Positions 62,382-64,000 of a stretch of DNA of 64,000 bases are shown here, piece after piece. The stretch spans positions 15,500,001 to 15,564,000 of the forward strand of contig CM120641.1 in NCBI GenBank assembly GCA_051362555.1. The letters are read 5' to 3'. Position numbers and translations under genes: made by a program. Below the pieces are notes generated by a model. The model saw only the letters and a list, made by a program, of their open reading frames with translations. It ran no database searches and had not been told where the DNA came from. Position 1 is the first letter of the stretch. Each line of letters begins with the position of its first letter. This DNA is from Lingula anatina (lineage: Eukaryota > Animalia > Brachiopoda).

Positions 62382-64000
62382 TTCGGGTGTTTTTCTGGGG
62401 GCGTCTGTTCTTGATGGATATACTAACAAAGTAAATGTTAATATAGGTCAATCCACATTCAGCTAGGGTCGCAACTCTATTTATTGCAGTAGCGGAGATT
62501 GTTAGTGAGAGAACATGGATGTGTAATGTTGTTCAGAATGTTCAATTGCGGGTAATAACGATTAGTATTAATTACAATAAGAGTCGTCCATTGTATACGA
62601 CATACAAGAGTATAATTATCGAGGCGCAGCCGAGATATTTGCACTCTTGTATGTCGCATAGACAAGTAGTTGTAACTGCCTTGTCAAGCTTTGGCCAGCC
62701 CACAGGAGCAGTAGCCTACCCAATTAAACCACTACATACATGTATAACACATTGCAGCAGTGCAACGTGGTAGTCAGGTAACTAGTAGCGACACACCTGA
62801 CTACACACTTCTCCATTTATATATTTTATATGAGATCTGAGTTTTTTTGGGGTAAAAAAAGCATTTTTACCTAGGCGTACCATTGAAACTGAAATATTCC
62901 ATATTAAATGTCAAGTCTGTATATTTACTCGAAAATTGAAATGTTCAATAACTTTTATATCTCTTTTTATTTATTGCTTTAATGATTTTCACTCACTCAT
63001 TCTTCCCTTTCATTATCAGTAAAAAGTCATTTTGCCTACTATTTGATTTTTTTCTTTTTTCTTTGATAGATTTTTACAAAAAAATTTATTTAACACAACT
63101 AATATGAAATATTTGGTATTGATAGGATGTTATTTTATCAGTAATGACATATATTTATATTTCTTTGTTATTATTATTATTTTCCACGCATTTTTGTGAC
63201 TAAATTGGGGATAATGTCGCATCCCAAGCGTCCGCCAATGTAGTGCTTATGATTTTTTCACTGCCTCCACCTAGATCTTTAGAGGAAAATGAAATTATAT
63301 GGATTGATTGGCCTATCATTATAGGATTGTTCATAGGCACTTTGGAACTTTGGTGTGTCTGAGCCTAGGACTGTTCCTTGTTTGGGTGATTCCATTGTTA
63401 TCCGCATTGAAATTTTGCACTATCTTCCGAGACATTTGGCTTCATTGAGTGAAGAACTTAAACTTAACTAAAAAATTTCGAGATTGATAGAGTTGTACAT
63501 GGGTTCTTCTGAATTTTAGTGACGTAGGGGTTTAGCTCTCCCTGGAGGAGTAACTGATCCTATTTTTTTTTTTTTTTTTTTTTGTAATTTCTGGTCTCAT
63601 CTTAGAACGATAACAATAAAACCTGAAAATTTCGTAAAGCATTTTAATTCAATCTCGAATAAATGAATAAATGTTACAGTAGACATACAGAATTAACAAA
63701 CAAACAAACAAACGAACGAACAAACAAACGAACCGTAAAAGAGATTAACATACTATCAAGCCCTTGGATACAAAATAGGAATTCATCTTTAATCATTAAA
63801 ATCAAATGTGCGAGAGAGATACATTACTTCAACTGCTGGAGCTGTTTTAATCTTCTTTATAATGCAAATTTTTCGGCCGAGGTCTATCTATATGTATCTA
63901 TAAAGCCATTACCGACGTTCTTCAGTTCTTCCGCATGTGTAAAGTAATGGAATAGCTATTGCAAATGACGTAGGCCTTCACGTATTGAAAATGAAAAAGC

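Larger units (their letters stand above)
49773..64000. repeat. Segmental duplication, unit 2 (interrupted by Ngaro; runs off the window end)
   Basis: See unit 1; for example ORF pairs 38175/58120, 38703/58647, 39931/59876 and 43840/63663. Confidence 0.9.

Overview
AT-rich, intron-containing animal genomic DNA. A marine invertebrate such as a mollusc or other lophotrochozoan is plausible, but that is inference only. The left half holds two tandem, same-strand nicotinic acetylcholine receptor alpha-subunit genes (alpha7/9/10-like, vicinal Cys in loop C, cation-type GEK before M2) with matching exon architecture, about 17 kb apart. The right half is a minus-strand tandem array of five 4-exon TMEM179-like genes (A-E) of two alternating subtypes. 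One copy is a nonsense pseudogene, others show splice-site lesions or different C-tails, and part of the array arose by a recent ~13-kb segmental duplication. One duplicate carries a complete, very young Ngaro-type (DIRS-order) tyrosine-recombinase retrotransposon (gag, RT-RNaseH, YR; split direct repeats A1...B1-A2-B2). The other duplicate preserves the empty site, which shows integration through a shared TTT core. The most notable observation is that the YR ORF has no usable AUG, yet a consensus splice donor inside gag and an acceptor at the end of pol would join the Gag N-terminus exactly in frame to YR. All coordinates and alignments were read by eye.
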